Source: Phoronis australis
Taxonomy: Eukaryota; Animalia; Phoronida
DNA: 64,000 nucleotides
Direction of reading: 5' to 3'
Assembly: GCA_002633005.1 (NCBI GenBank)
Contig: NMRA01000518.1
Span: forward strand, 244,842 to 308,841
Below the pieces are notes generated by a model. It saw only the letters and a program-made list of their open reading frames with translations, searched no databases and had not been told where the DNA came from. The position numbers and the translations under genes were made by a program. Positions 1 to 13,316 of the stretch are shown in pieces (positions within the stretch are counted from its first letter, which is position 1; the number at the start of each line of letters is the position of its first letter).

Positions 1-846
1 CCATCTATTTTTACAGTTTACATTGAACGCTCTCTTTTACTTACAGCTGTGACACCGGATTTGCTAATCATAACCTTGTCACCTTCACGGAATTCCGTCA
101 TTGTTGGTAGTAGTGTTTTGATAAAATGTAAGGCGGGGGATTGCTACTTTGCACCAATTTGTGATTCTGCCATGCAATACAACAAAAATCACGCACTGGG
201 TGTTATTAATCAGTCGTGTCTTAACACATTCCAGTTCATGTGAGAAAACATGTACTTGAATCACTCGTTTATTTTTACTCGATTCGTTCTAAGCAAATGT
301 TACTTTTATATGCGTTTCACATCCTTCATTGACCAATAAAGAACCGGATGCCAGAGTTCACCAGAATTTATTGCTAGGGGGTGATTTAAAAACACTTTCG
401 CGTCAATTGAAAGCCATGACCACGCAGAATCGCACGACTACTTGATGCGAGCAATTTCTCTATGATTTGACAGTAGCACTTTCCACCGGGCAATTCCACT
501 TCATAACAGCGGGAAACAAACACGCGTTGCGAATACACAGACCCGCGCCTTTTATTTCCATCCATGTTCTAAAAATGTTCCATACACGGAGGTCAAACGA
601 CAGTCTCTGGGACCAGTGCATTTGAGATATCTGTAAAAAAAACAGTGGTACACCCATAGTCCAAGCGGACGGAGATCTCCCTTAACCCTCCTGGCAAAAA
701 TACTAGTAAGTTGCAATCAGAAACTGAGTATGAAGATTTTACAAAATGTTTTAGAATTTTTAAAGAGGCTTGGAACGCGAAACCTCGTCAGAAATATCTT
801 TTAACCAATTGCTGACGAAAGTACAATCTCGCAGCGTCTACAACTG

Positions 847-1051
847 GGACCATTTCCAAGAAACTCAATTAAGTTCATTTTTGACTTAAGTTAAAGATTT
901 GTCTCAATTTCAGAAACTTTGAAACTTGCACATGTGGCAAATTAGTCAAAACAGACAAAACTAAAGTCAAACTTAAGTTATGTTTATTGAAACGGACTGG
1001 AGACAAATTTAAGTTTTATCTTAAACTAAGTCAGTTTTCTTGGAACGAGCT
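847..1051. mobile_element. MITE, same family as 10152-10389
   Basis: Imperfect terminal inverted repeats (ttccaagaaact / agttttcttggaa), internal acttaagt motifs; similar in inverted orientation to 10152-10389. Confidence 0.6.
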
Positions 1052-2676
1052 ACAGAGTTATTCACTTTCCTGGTGATGGATTTTCTAGAAAAAATTCACG
1101 AAATTCACGATAATTGAAGTACGCACTAAGGAAAAACTGTAGTTACCACAGAGTTTCTAATCTCCCTCCCACTTATGATAAATGCGCGCATGCGCTCACA
1201 GTCATTCGACAAACAGCTGACTGACAAGATGGATATTAACGGCAGATTATCATGTGTGGTTACACTTCGATTCTAAGGTAGACAGCACAGTATGACAAGT
1301 GGATTTTAGAATATATTTGAATATTACACCTTTGCTTTAAACAGTTAGGACTTTCATCTGCTTGAAGTTAACATTGTTTTTTACATCGAAGGTCACATTT
1401 TCCATCTAAGAGAAATGTGTTCCGTCTATGACTTTCCATACCAAATAAGGATGCATGCTTTGCCTTGTGAGAGAAAAATCGACGAAGAGGTGAACACTTG
1501 ACAAATCGTTTTTATGAAATTTGAAACTAAATCAAAAGTGCTTAACATCAACAGAAATCTTTACGAACAAACCTTAAAAATACCTGGTGAACAGGTTGAA
1601 TTCTGTGTCAGTGGCAAAGAACAACTTTGAATAATGCAATTTAGTCTCCGAGTAAAGGGCCGTAGGAAGCGGGGGAGGCACGGGCCGCCAAAAAATTTTT
1701 CAGGCATCAGGGTTAAACCGTGGCAACCGATTAGGCGTGGGGCCGGGGACAGTCGAGAAAAGAAATACGGACAAGAGAGAAAATTCAAGAGAACATTTAA
1801 CAACTCTGCATCAGTGCATGATTTATCTTTTGAGGACCCTGGCCAAGACATTGTCGTTAGGGTCTCCGATTTTGCAGCACATGTCGTCTAAATGCACTTG
1901 AAAACGTGCACAAAATCAATTACCTACATATATTTCGAAAAATCGAGAAAATTTGTAAAGCGAAGCTTTTACGGAGCGTACTAATTTACTGCATTTTTAA
2001 ATTCAATAAGTCAACTATGTTTTTCCAGATGCCGCTCTCTGGCGAAGGATAACGGAGACAACTTTCACTTTATTTTTTTCTCCAAACTGTATATTACTTG
2101 CGAAAAATTGATGACCTGACAGATAACATCAATTGCTGCGCATTTCCCGACATTTTCATGGGGCCCCGCCCTTGAAGGAGGCCATTGATGACATTCAATT
2201 GGCCACCCTTTTTGTGTTTTTATTAACACATTTTTAAGGGGCTGCTCACGGACAGAGGGCTCAATGTTGGAATCGATTACCTCTATTTTCCTGTTATTTT
2301 TGTGAAATTGTGCAACCGGCTTTCATGTTGAAGGAGGTTACTCCCTGCATCGTTTGGGACAATACGACGATGGAATGCACTGTCACTCTTTTTTGCAAGC
2401 TCAAAGTGTAATTTGCATGGTCCAAGTATGTTAAATTGCAATATTATCGTCAAGGTATTGCTATTTGGGTGTATTTTATACAAATAATCGTATAATTGTA
2501 TCTTTAGTTATTTTAAAAAAGCGAAAATAAAAAAAATCAGCGAAAAGTTGACCTTTGACATCGTGACTTGGTGTAAGTTGGGGAACACAAACTAGATCAT
2601 ATCTCACAATGCAGTTCATCGCCATTATATCACAGTACACGACGAACAAAGACCGCTTTCTTGGCGTGTTTTAGCA

Positions 2677-2899
2677 ATGGTACATCGGTGTGTGCGCGCT
2701 AACTGTTCTAACACCACCAAGGTGGAAGGCGTGAGCCCATTTAAATTCCCAAAAGACACGCCTCTGGCCGCGTAATGGCATGTTTTCGTGTGCACTGCTC
2801 GTCTTTGGAAAATGACTGTCGAATCAGCCATCTGTCGCAGCCGAAATATGCTCCGACCATTTTGAGGACGGCTGCTTCTACGACAAACACATTATGAAG
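2677..2899 (+). pseudogene. THAP zinc-finger domain remnant (transposon-derived)
   Basis: MVHRCVRANCSNT..SPFKFPKD..*W..V..W..(frameshift)ICSDHFEDGCF: C2CH signature with an in-frame stop and a frameshift. Confidence 0.75.
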
Positions 2900-5891
2900 G
2901 TAGAAACTGGTTTTTTAAAAGGGTAAGTTGCCTTGATAATTTTGATGTCTAAAAATTCATGACGCTTTCGCAATACCTGAACAATAACAATCTTTTTTCA
3001 CAATCACCATAGTTCTCAAATGTTTAAAAATCTGTTGGTTTTCAGTGAAAGATTTAGTTATAAATGGATCAATAAAACTAAAAGCCACAACAAATAACGC
3101 TGATCTCAAAAGATGCATGTATTTTGTATAGAATGCAGATTTTGAAATAAAAGTAAAACTCGGTGGTAACTCAATTCCATGGTTTTGATTATTAAAGTAA
3201 TCTGCTTAAAATCTTGTTTTGGTTTTTGCTTGAAGGTAATAAAAGTAGGCGAAAACTTGCAATTAGATATCGTCGTGTTTTACTTTAATCATGGACTATT
3301 CTGGATTCAAATTTTTTTTTAACTTTTGAATTGCTGCTGTTGTGCTTTCGATAATAAATGAAGTGTGGGAGAACACCTTGCACTTAGTACGGATCAAAGA
3401 GAAGCTAGTGATCTCAAGTTGCAATTTTCTTAGAAATTGATGCCCCTCCAATGCCGACTGCTGGTGCTCCAGATGTGTCCAAGGAGGATGCCGTGGCACA
3501 GATCATGGATCCGTTGTCCAGATAAATTCAGACTAGCTGCTTTGTCAATTGACAGCACTGGAATTACTTTCCGTCACGTATTTGACAGTCACTACCAATG
3601 TTTTGGATTAAGTTTTTGAGGGTTGGTACAGATAGCAATACCAGAGTGTTTATAGTACCAGTACAGGAAATTGTGAAAATCTTTTGTGTGTGGCATTTGG
3701 CTGTCCCGTTTGTACAGATAAACCCGGTGATATACTATGTTCTTATATTGAACCCCACCTACAATTCCCCCAAATTCCATTTGACAGTTCGGGGGTGTGA
3801 ATGTCTGACGAGCAAAATCCTGACTAATACTGTGCCCTGGCCCCCTTACTCAAAATCCTAGATTCGCCCCTAGAAATTTTTCAATGTTTCTTCAATACAA
3901 TGACTATAAATATTGTGGCACAGCTTTTTAAGTATATTTGATTTGCACTAAACTGTTGCTGTCTCATACAGTGCATTCGTACCGGAGGACTTTCTTAGTG
4001 GGGTGAAAAGGTACCTGTTTGGCTCGTCAGTCTTTTCCTGCGACAATCTCATCCAAACTGTGCGACAGAATAATCACTTGCACGGAATTCGAACATTTTC
4101 TTGGGAATTTTTGTGTGATGTGTGAGTGGTACAAGCACTCACTTCAGATTTCCCTCTTCCTACACATGTGCATACTTTTTGTGTTTTTATATCATGTCAT
4201 AGATGTCTAAACCTGTGGCATACTGGAACTTTTGGGTTGAGATTTAGTGTGGTCTCGGTCGATACGCGTAATAATGTCTCGTGGGATATTACTTCATGTA
4301 CACCACTCTCGGTACGTTTTGTGTATGTATAGCGACGTACAATTCAGTCAGTGTTAAGAATATAGCAATAATAATAATAAAAAAGAGTTTAGACCATACT
4401 GTTGTTCAGATTGGTTTGGACCTTGCAATTTCTTCTTTAATGATGTTTAGCCTTTCATCTTAAGATGTCTCATTTCATACGGTACCCTCTCTCGGTGGAG
4501 CAGTTCGGAGGAAATGTCCCTTTGTCCCTCTATAGCCTACATGTAAATCTGACACTGCCAAGTAGGCCCATTCACGATGGAATTTGAGATTCCAAATTCG
4601 TTAAAAAACACAAAACATTCGTGCACAGCACAACCATTCGACCCAAACAACCAAACATTTGAAAAAATACAGTAGGATTGCCGCCATCGAAAGGGTGGAA
4701 TTTTGAAAAACGTGAAGACCACTATTTGTGAATTACACAAAGGAGTATTTCCGATGGTTATTTATAAAATAATGTTACTGTTCCCCGTACTATCACAAGA
4801 ATAGTATCTCTTTTGAAGATGGCTACTATGAGTAGTTTGTAAGGAATTCGCACATGTGGAAAACACTGCTGTCTAGGCTACTACTTTTGATGGCCGTGTA
4901 CATGTCGAAAGTAGGTTCTCAAAGAACTCTCGCAATCATAAACAAAGATTTCAGCGTTTTTTGTCAGTGGAGTTCAAGTTTACTTCGTGAACCGTTATAG
5001 GTACCTCTGAAATGAACAAAAATTCACCTAATACAAATAAATGCCCCGTCTTCTCCGGTTACCCGTCAAGAGTATGCAAGCATGCATGCGGAAATTCCTT
5101 ATAACATTCCCTTTTGATAAACAAATTCGTTGGTTTCTGATGTACTTGTTTATGTATCTACGAAAATCGACAGATTCATATTAGATGATTTTTGACAATT
5201 AGAAACTAATCTTGTAAGAATTGATGATGTTTCAGTGAATTTAATTACCGCCTGAAGTTGGAAAAACTATAATCCAATCCCCAAATAGTAAAGTACACTT
5301 AACGACGATTTTCGCATATCTAAAATAACTCTCAAAGACATTGATGAAATTCGGACTCACAAACCGTAGATAGAAAGAACGTTTTAAAAATCCTTAAGTA
5401 AATAAAATTGAAGTCATGGCTTGGAAAGTTTGTCTTTGCACTTCTTTGGTGTTCTTAGTTTCCAGTAGTATTGAGCAATGAATTTTTGTTCTTCAAAACT
5501 TAATTGATTGCTTGTGCACGTCATAACTGACGTACCCTCGTTAAAAATATGATGTAACCATGCAGTAGGCCCGCGCAGAATCTCAGTGATCCACAAAGTG
5601 ATCTTGTAAACAGGCACCAATATGCCATGCTAAAAGTGGTTGCGCCGGCCGAACGCTACAAGCTAGCGGTTTTGAATAGTAACCTCAAGAGGGCGCACCA
5701 GATATCATCCAATTGGCAAGCATTCAACGTGAAGTTCAACGCATCAAACAAGTTCTAGTTAATAATGGTTATTCTAATTCTTTTGTTGATAACCATGTTG
5801 GGCCTTTCATATCTATGATCGACTCCCGTGTAGACACTGAACCTAGTACTGGGACCTCTAAGACCGTGTATTATAAGAACAGTGTGTCTAA

Positions 5892-6132
5892 CATGCGCGC
5901 ACCCAGCCTAAAATATAGGGGGGCTCGAATTCTTCGATATGCGGACCTTTTACTGAAACAAATCAACGAGGACTAAAAAAAACGGGGCCACTACGTTCTT
6001 GCCTGCCAATCGTGCCGCGCTGAATTGCTGTGGACTTTGTGGACTGTTATCTCGTTTACACGGACTTTTTTCACTGAGGCGGACCTTTTTGCCCAAATTG
6101 CGGGACTCGTTCGAGCCCCACGAGCGCCCATG
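5892..6132. mobile_element. Small TIR element (MITE) inserted in the Penelope ORF
   Basis: Termini catgcgcgc / gcgcccatg flanked by a 5-bp direct repeat tctaa; removing it restores YYKNSVSNNY. Confidence 0.7.
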
Positions 6133-6689
6133 TCTAACAATTATCTGAGTGTAAGGGATAACGTTAAGGTGATCAAACCTGGTGACAGATTGAAAGTAGT
6201 CATTTGTTATTAGAATATAAAGTCACGTTACCTTGTCATGACAAACCATATGAACCCCAGTGGCCAAATGTAATGTTGTTTACCAAATCACATGTCATAT
6301 GGATGGATGTCTTCGTCCTCATTCTCGTGAACAACGTTACATTGGACTCACGGTGTGTTCTCTCTCGCGACGGTTGTCCATGCACTTGCAGGGGGGATCC
6401 ATTCAAGATCACTTTGTACACTAACGAAAAATAACTAGGCTGGAAATAGTAAACAATACCATCATTCGCTTTGTTGAAAATGACATATTCGGCTTAAGAT
6501 TTTGGAAATGCTATTGATTAGTCATGAAAAACCTGCGTTAAATGAACAGCTCACAGGTTTGCAACGCACGCTGGCTCTGTTTTGATAGTGTTGTGGGCTT
6601 TCTACCGTATGTTGCATTCAAACTCCCTTCTTGTATGCTCTCACGTGTATTTCACTGTTTTTTCGTTCTGTGTATTTGCATTCTACTCA

Positions 6690-6728
6690 TAGTCTGATGA
6701 TGTGGCAAGAAGTCACGAAATATAGCTA
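6690..6728 (+). ncRNA. Minimal type I hammerhead ribozyme in Penelope pLTR
   Basis: tagt-CTGATGA-t-GTGGC-aagaa-GTCAC-GAAA-TA-TA|gcta: intact core, 5-bp stem II, stem I tagt/gcta, very short palindromic stem III. Confidence 0.75.
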
Positions 6729-6870
6729 CTGTTTTTGCTTATTTATGTCTCTTGGTTTCTTACTTCATTCCTGCACACAAGAAGAAAGGAGACTGATTCA
6801 AAATTACGAACGTACCAGTATCGAGGTGGCTAACAAAAAGTCTAGTCGTGCCTTTAACGAAGTTTACATT

Positions 6871-6932
6871 CATACATACATACATACATACATACATACA
6901 TACATACATACACACATACATACATACATACA

Positions 6933-6962
<30 letters not shown>
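6871..6962 (+). repeat. (CATA)n microsatellite
   Basis: Directly visible; abuts the Penelope 3' end. Confidence 0.97.
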
Positions 6963-6964
<2 letters not shown>

Positions 6965-9900
6965 GGTTATCCCACATACATAGGAATACTACTGCCACAT
7001 AGGCGGATTTAGGGGGGGGGCAGGCCCCCCCCTTGGCTGCCGCAAAAAAATAAAACAGCAAGAGCGTAGGGAAATGTTGAGTTTATTAATTAACCGCGAT
7101 AATTAAAATTATACGGATGAAACAACATTTAAATGTGTGCACTTTTAGTGTTTGGGGGGAGCCATGTCCTATCTCGAATTCATTTCATCTCGGGAATGTC
7201 CCAACTCGACCGAACCTATTCATCCCATATATTTGGACTTATTTACATCATCGTGGCAATACCTTGTTGTCGTATGATCTGGCTTGTTGTTATATGACGT
7301 CATATGTATGCCAAGTACGGTACAAAAACTGGTTAAGCTACAAGACAACCTGTGAAAGTGTTGAATAACCAGTAACGTTTTATTTCGTAATAAATTTATC
7401 GGAATTTTTAGATTGTGAAATATAGAAGTTAAAGCATTGAATCATCCAATTATATCAAAAGCTTGTCGGAAACTTAGAAATAATCCATCCGGGAATAAAA
7501 ATTGAAACATTCCCTGAACTGAGTTGTCTGCAACAGCTTCGATGAATTAGTTTTCTTGGTCTATTTTCGTGTCTTAGCTTCTGGACTGTACATAGCATTA
7601 GAAACGTTTCCCTGTGTTGATCACAGCATTGGAAAATAACGGTGTAAATTGTGCTGATTTGCAAAACTTGAGGTAAGGACTATCGCAAAGCAGAAGTTTT
7701 AACGCCACGGCTGGCGACGGAGAGTTGAACGCTGCGAGCAGACGATTGCTGAAAAAAACACAAGGTCTTTATTTCCTGTAAAGACCTTCAGTTAGATATA
7801 CTGTAGGCTACCATAACGAAACGTTTTTGCTGGATTTGAATTGGATTTTGGCAGATTTCACTAGCCGGTGACCTTACTCAGTTTGACCTATTTACATGTA
7901 TGATGATCCAGATTGAAACTTCAGCAAAGCCCAAAAATAGCCACCTGATCACCGTGCGTCGGAATTTTCATCGGTAAATCTGTTTTGTTTTTAGAGCAGT
8001 AAAACTGCTTTTTCGGGAACGATGCCTTGAATTAATGATTTAGGTAACCAAATGATTGAGCCCAATAAAATTTGGCGTTGTTCACGCGAATTTACTCCAC
8101 CACCAAACTGCACACCAACCGTGAAATACGGCTTCTACCGTTGAATACGGCTTCTACCGTGATATACGGATTGGCTGTACTTTCCCGTATATCACAGATG
8201 AACACGTCACATATACAATGGCCATATTTTCACATATATGGGATAAACACAAATACACAACTACATGCACACACATATATACATGTGAATAAAAAATAGT
8301 CTGTTCAAGCCAGAATATCACTCTAGAAGTGAAATTTTGCTCGGAAAGACCTGACTATTCGCCATAGTTTCAAACTACGCTCAATAAGTTTCAAGTCGCG
8401 GCTTGAGCGCTTCAGCCTTGAAATCTAAAACTAAAATACTGACATCGTGACGTTGGATTTGTTTTAGTGAATTATTTTAATCATTTTCACTCCTGACTCA
8501 TGACAAGAAATCAATAATTTCGTTGGCGAAAGCGTATAAGCCTAAGGCAGTTGTTTTCTACACGAGCTGGACGTGATTAATAATCTCTTTAATATTATGT
8601 ATTATATTATCATTATATATATTGTTGTGCATTATATTATCATTATATAATAAATACTTAGGGATAACTTAAACAGCTGTTTTCAAGGATCTCACTCTGA
8701 CCAACTAGGGAATTGGACCCAAAAATTTTATTGAATGGGAAGTTATAGCCAGGATCGAGCTATCCGAAGCTTTCGTGTAATCCCGGCCGAAATCACTAGC
8801 CCTTCACTAGTTCTGTGTACGCGTCACTTAAGAAGTTCCACAAATGTTCTGGTTTGCATGGTGTTGCTGATCTTGCAGCAATTTATTCCAAATTATAAAC
8901 TTTGAAGAAATTAAAATCAATAAATCCTTCTGTGGCGGCATTGCGTCAGAGTGAGTGGGTCTGATTGTGTGAATTTTGTGACCACAATGGGAACTAATTG
9001 ATTCGTCGACGGAAATTGTCTTGGCGTGTATAGATACTGTTGCCCGTGGTCATTCGTCAATAGCTGAAGGTAATGGAAGGATACACGTATTCCCCACTAG
9101 TAGAGTCGGGTTTAAAACCTTTTGCCGACGGTTTTCCCTTTCGACTAAATTCAGCGAGGAGCCCCGATGGAAGCTTTTTATATCCATCCCGTTTTATGTG
9201 TATTTTTGTTCTAAATTTCACGTGTAATGTCCTATTGGTCAAGTGGCCATGTATGTACAAATACATTTCGAGAGAGAAGGCGAAATGGAATTTAAAACCA
9301 CACTCTTTCAAGTTTGATGGGACCCATTTGCAGTCTTTTCTTTTGCATCATAACGAGTCGACTTCAGTGTTATGATGCTTGTGTAGAGATATAAACATTA
9401 CAAAATGCTTATTTATCAAATATTAAAATTGAATTCACGATCAGCCTATTCATGTTACACAACATTGACCTGACCACTTTGCAATGAGTGAATGAAATAA
9501 GAAAGCCTTTGCTTGAATCAAGTAGCCACCTGATGGAAACGTCAGTCATATCGCGACCTGCAGTATGATCCACAAGTATCTCCCGGGATGAAAAAGCACA
9601 CACTCAGTCAGGGATTTATTGCCGACTTCATCCATCACGACAGATTCATTTCAGTTTGTTCTTTCTCGGTCGCCAACATTTCCCCGCTACCCCACTCCCC
9701 GCGGATCCTTAGCCCTAGTCTGCCTCTCCGACACCAACCCCCATATATTCTATCCCATCCCCAGCACCTGGTTTCAGCGACCCACTACCTTGTGTACTAT
9801 TCTCGGCAACTTAAGAAAGTGCATAAAATCACGTAGACTACGGTGATCGAGTGGACTCTGGGATATAACTAAAGGCTTCCACTGTACCGTTAGGTACGTG

Positions 9901-10151
9901 TCCCTCCCTGTTCGCCCACGAGCTCGGGCCAACTGCCGCCTATCGGCGGATTCATTGATGAGACACGCCGGGCCGTCACCTGAATCACCGCGTCAAGATC
10001 AGATGAGCCACCCAATGTGGTAACGCTTTTAAACCCCTAAGCGCTTCGGTTAAGAATTCAATATTGACAACTAAACAAGGGGCAATGACCCTTTAAATGT
10101 TTTTACTACTGTAATAACCATTCAACAAAATAACCAAACTTGCAAAATATG

Positions 10152-10389
10152 GGGCCCGCTCCAACAAAACTGACTTAGCTAAGACAAATCTCAAATTCTT
10201 GCAAATTTTAAGTCAAATTTGTCTCAAAACCAATTCAAGAAAGAGATCTTAAGTTTGACTTAAGTGTTTGACATAAGTTTTGTCCTAATTTCGACTTACC
10301 GATTGTGGAAGTGTCAAAATTTGGAAGTCAAGAACAAATCTTAAACTTAAGTCAAAAATTAACTTAAGTCAGTTTCTTGGAACAGGCCC
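10152..10389. mobile_element. Harbinger-like MITE
   Basis: gggcccgctccaacaaaactgactta ... taagtcagtttcttggaacaggccc terminal inverted repeats with GGGC ends. Confidence 0.65.
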
Positions 10390-11605
10390 TTGTTCATTAA
10401 AATAGCAAAATTTCACTTTAACTTCGGTTTTGACAAAGATGTTTTTTCTGTATTATTACCTTTTTCGGGTCTTTACCGGTAATTCCCGGTACAAGTACCT
10501 ACATATTCCTGTTGCCCGTAGACAGCATTGCGCGGGGTGTGGTTCGAATTTCTAGAACTTCAGACCTTTGATATTTTACAAATATCTATACTGTAGAGTT
10601 TTCGGTAAGGCCCTTGACGCAGCTTAATTAAGGGAAATCTGCATACACGACGATGACTCTCATCTCTATGTTCCCGAGATGAGACGAAATTCGTAATACC
10701 AGAAATGAGGATGCCATGACGGTTACTCATAATGAACGGGACTCAAATTCGGATGAAATGTGATACAGTAAGAGAACGTTCTCTGTCAAACTTTCAAATC
10801 AGGCGTGCTTAGATGAGTGATTGACACCATATTACATACTTGGATGGAAATATTTAGTCGGAGAATGACTTTACTTAACTTGCTTACATCGCTGGAAATG
10901 GGAACAGCCCACTATTCCGAAGGTTCACTTCTCTGAGGGTTCGCTATTCCGAAGTTTCACTATTCCGAAAATATCGTTTCAGACTCAGGTGTAATTTTTA
11001 TACTTTTACATGCGAAAATAAACGATACTTCGATTATTAGATGCACTGAGTGGTGTACCTAAATCCAAAACAACGCCCGGATTTCATGTGCATGCGAAAT
11101 TGCCCGCATACCTTAAGAATACCAAAAATGAGTACGTACTTACATTTGAAGTAGGGATATTGTTGGATTATCAACCACGATACATTCGTAAAAGCCATGT
11201 CAAGATGGCATCATTTCACAGCGTGACTGAAAAGTTTACGGCCTCTGCGCCTCAACCTCACCCACCGGAGCCACGCGCACGGCCTGGTGGAAATTAATTA
11301 TAAAATTAGTAGGCTACCCTGTCCCTTCCAGTCTTCACCACGTCAAAGAATGCCATTCAGTCTTCTTAAATTTAAAACCACCGTTGGTCCCTGGAGCCCT
11401 GACCTGATGTCTCTGCTTGAGAATGAGTTGTTTGTTAGATCAAAGATATTATAGATATACAGTATCTTTGGTTAGATTCAAGAATCACGATTGACAGTGA
11501 TTAGAACTGAGCTCATTTGTAAACAAGGTAAGTTTTAAGAATTATTCAATTTTTGCACACCCTCTAAATGGTTACTAAATGGACACAAATACAATACTTT
11601 ATTCC

Positions 11606-11746
11606 TGCATAGGCGGATTTAAGGGGGGCAGGGGCCCCTCCTCTTGGCTTCCATAAAAATAATTAAACAACAGCGTCCTGCTGTATTATTTTTTGCTTCA
11701 AACAAGGGGGGCAGGGTCCCCTGCCCCCCAAATCCGCCTATGCAGT
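11606..11746. mobile_element. Short TIR element (GC-rich MITE)
   Basis: ctgcataggcggattt / aaatccgcctatgcag inverted termini; related half-copy at about 6998-7050. Confidence 0.65.
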
Positions 11747-12330
11747 AGCTGCAACAATGTTATTGTTGTTATCTATCTATATACTATCTTTAATGGATAG
11801 GCTGGGGCTGGACCTTTTCTGCGTGGGGGGTACCTCCCCCCTTGGCTACGGGCCTGTTCCTCACCGTTGTTCCGGTGTCTCAATGTTCCCAGTAAGCTGC
11901 CGTTGTTTTCCATATCCCATGGTCTCACATCTTTTAGTGTTCTTCCGTCCCAACACCCCCCGGCTCGAAATTCCTTGGCAACGATGTTTCCTTTTACCCA
12001 TGCCTCCCCGCCTCAGTGGCTCAATACTAGCTCTGTTATAATTTGGGCGTCATTCGAAGTTTTCTTTATACCGGACTGTCACAAGCTTCTATTTTAATAG
12101 AAGCTTGTTTAAAAACCCTGTATAGAAAATTTTCGATGTACGAAGTTCTCCAGTAACAGTGTATTCTGACCATATTTTTGTTCATGTTTTTTACAGAAGA
12201 TCAATTGCAGTATTAAAATGTTTAAAACTGTAGTTCTAAATTTCATTATCAGGCAACGCTAATAAATTCAGAAATTTGCCCTAAATTTACATTTAAATGT
12301 TAAAAATGCTGCTTCTGGAAATAGTGTTTG

Positions 12331-12470
12331 TTCTATCACTCCTTATGTAATCTAATGTCATTGTTTATAAATATGTTTTATCACTCCTTGTGTAATCTAA
12401 TGCCATTGTTTATACATATGTTCTATCACTCCTTATGTAATCTAATGTCATTGTTTATAAATATGTTCTA
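12331..12470 (+). repeat. 45-bp minisatellite, about 3 copies
   Basis: Unit ttctatcactccttatgtaatctaatgtcattgtttataaatatg. Confidence 0.9.
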
Positions 12471-13316
12471 TTCCGTGTTTGATTTGCAGAAATAGTCAAA
12501 TTCAAAAGTCAAATCTTATGGGAATGTACATGTTTAAACATGAGTTTCTTTTTTATGAAATACACTGGCTTGTGTTATCAAAAACATTAAAACAAACTGC
12601 CCCCAAAACATATGGCCACATACGTCTGGGGCCTACGGCCAATAGTACTTTCCGTCGAGTTCCCAAAAGTCGACTTGAGGACTTTACTTCAAATGACTCC
12701 AAAATAAGGCGATTATCTGATTTCATACTTTAACTATGATCTACAACTGATAGATAATCTCTGCCCTTATCAGTTAGACAATGAATTCGACAATGGTCAA
12801 TATCAAGGTTATCCTGTTCTGAATAATAGATCAACAAACAAAATCAGTCAAGTGATTTTGATACGCATATTGTTTAATATGATATATCTGTGTGTTGCAA
12901 GAAATTTAGAATTAACAGTTGACTGACCAGACTGATCTAGGATGTAGTGAAAGGAATGAACACTAGTTAAAAACCAACAGCTGATTTGGCAATGTTCTGA
13001 CGGGCAATGGCCATTTTTGTATCATCTGACGACTACTTTGATGGAATTCTCTGCCCGCCATTTCTGAATTTCGCGGTTCCCCAACCTCAAGAAAGTCAAT
13101 GATTTGCACTATCTTTCTTGACCTGTTTAAGTTGGTATCAGAAAACAGCTCCAATCAATCATTTTTCGATTTTCGTTTTTAGCCATCTAAACAAGGCGAC
13201 ATGAATTATTTTGATAATTAAAATTGCTTTGAATTGAGTACACTAGTGGTCGCACATAGCTTGTCTGACTTGCTCAGAGACTTACACACACACGTTGCAC
13301 CTTATATGGACGTTAA

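Larger units (their letters stand above)
5620..6870 (+). mobile_element. Penelope-like retroelement remnant (RT thumb, GIY-YIG endonuclease, pLTR)
   Basis: ERYKLAVLNSNLKRAHQIS / EVQRIKQVLVNNGY / YYKN, then NVVYQITC..C..RYIGLT..LSRRLSMH (GIY-YIG), KPALNEQ, a 3' hammerhead, and a repeated ORF N-terminus ([14 protein letters not shown]). Frameshifted. Confidence 0.85.

Noticed and set aside
5414-5510. LSFEEQKFIAQYYWK resembling a mariner-type HTH start
   Set aside because: Too short and no TIRs identified; cannot be supported.
6631-7061. ORFs with HTYI / MYVC repeats
   Set aside because: Products of the (CATA)n microsatellite.
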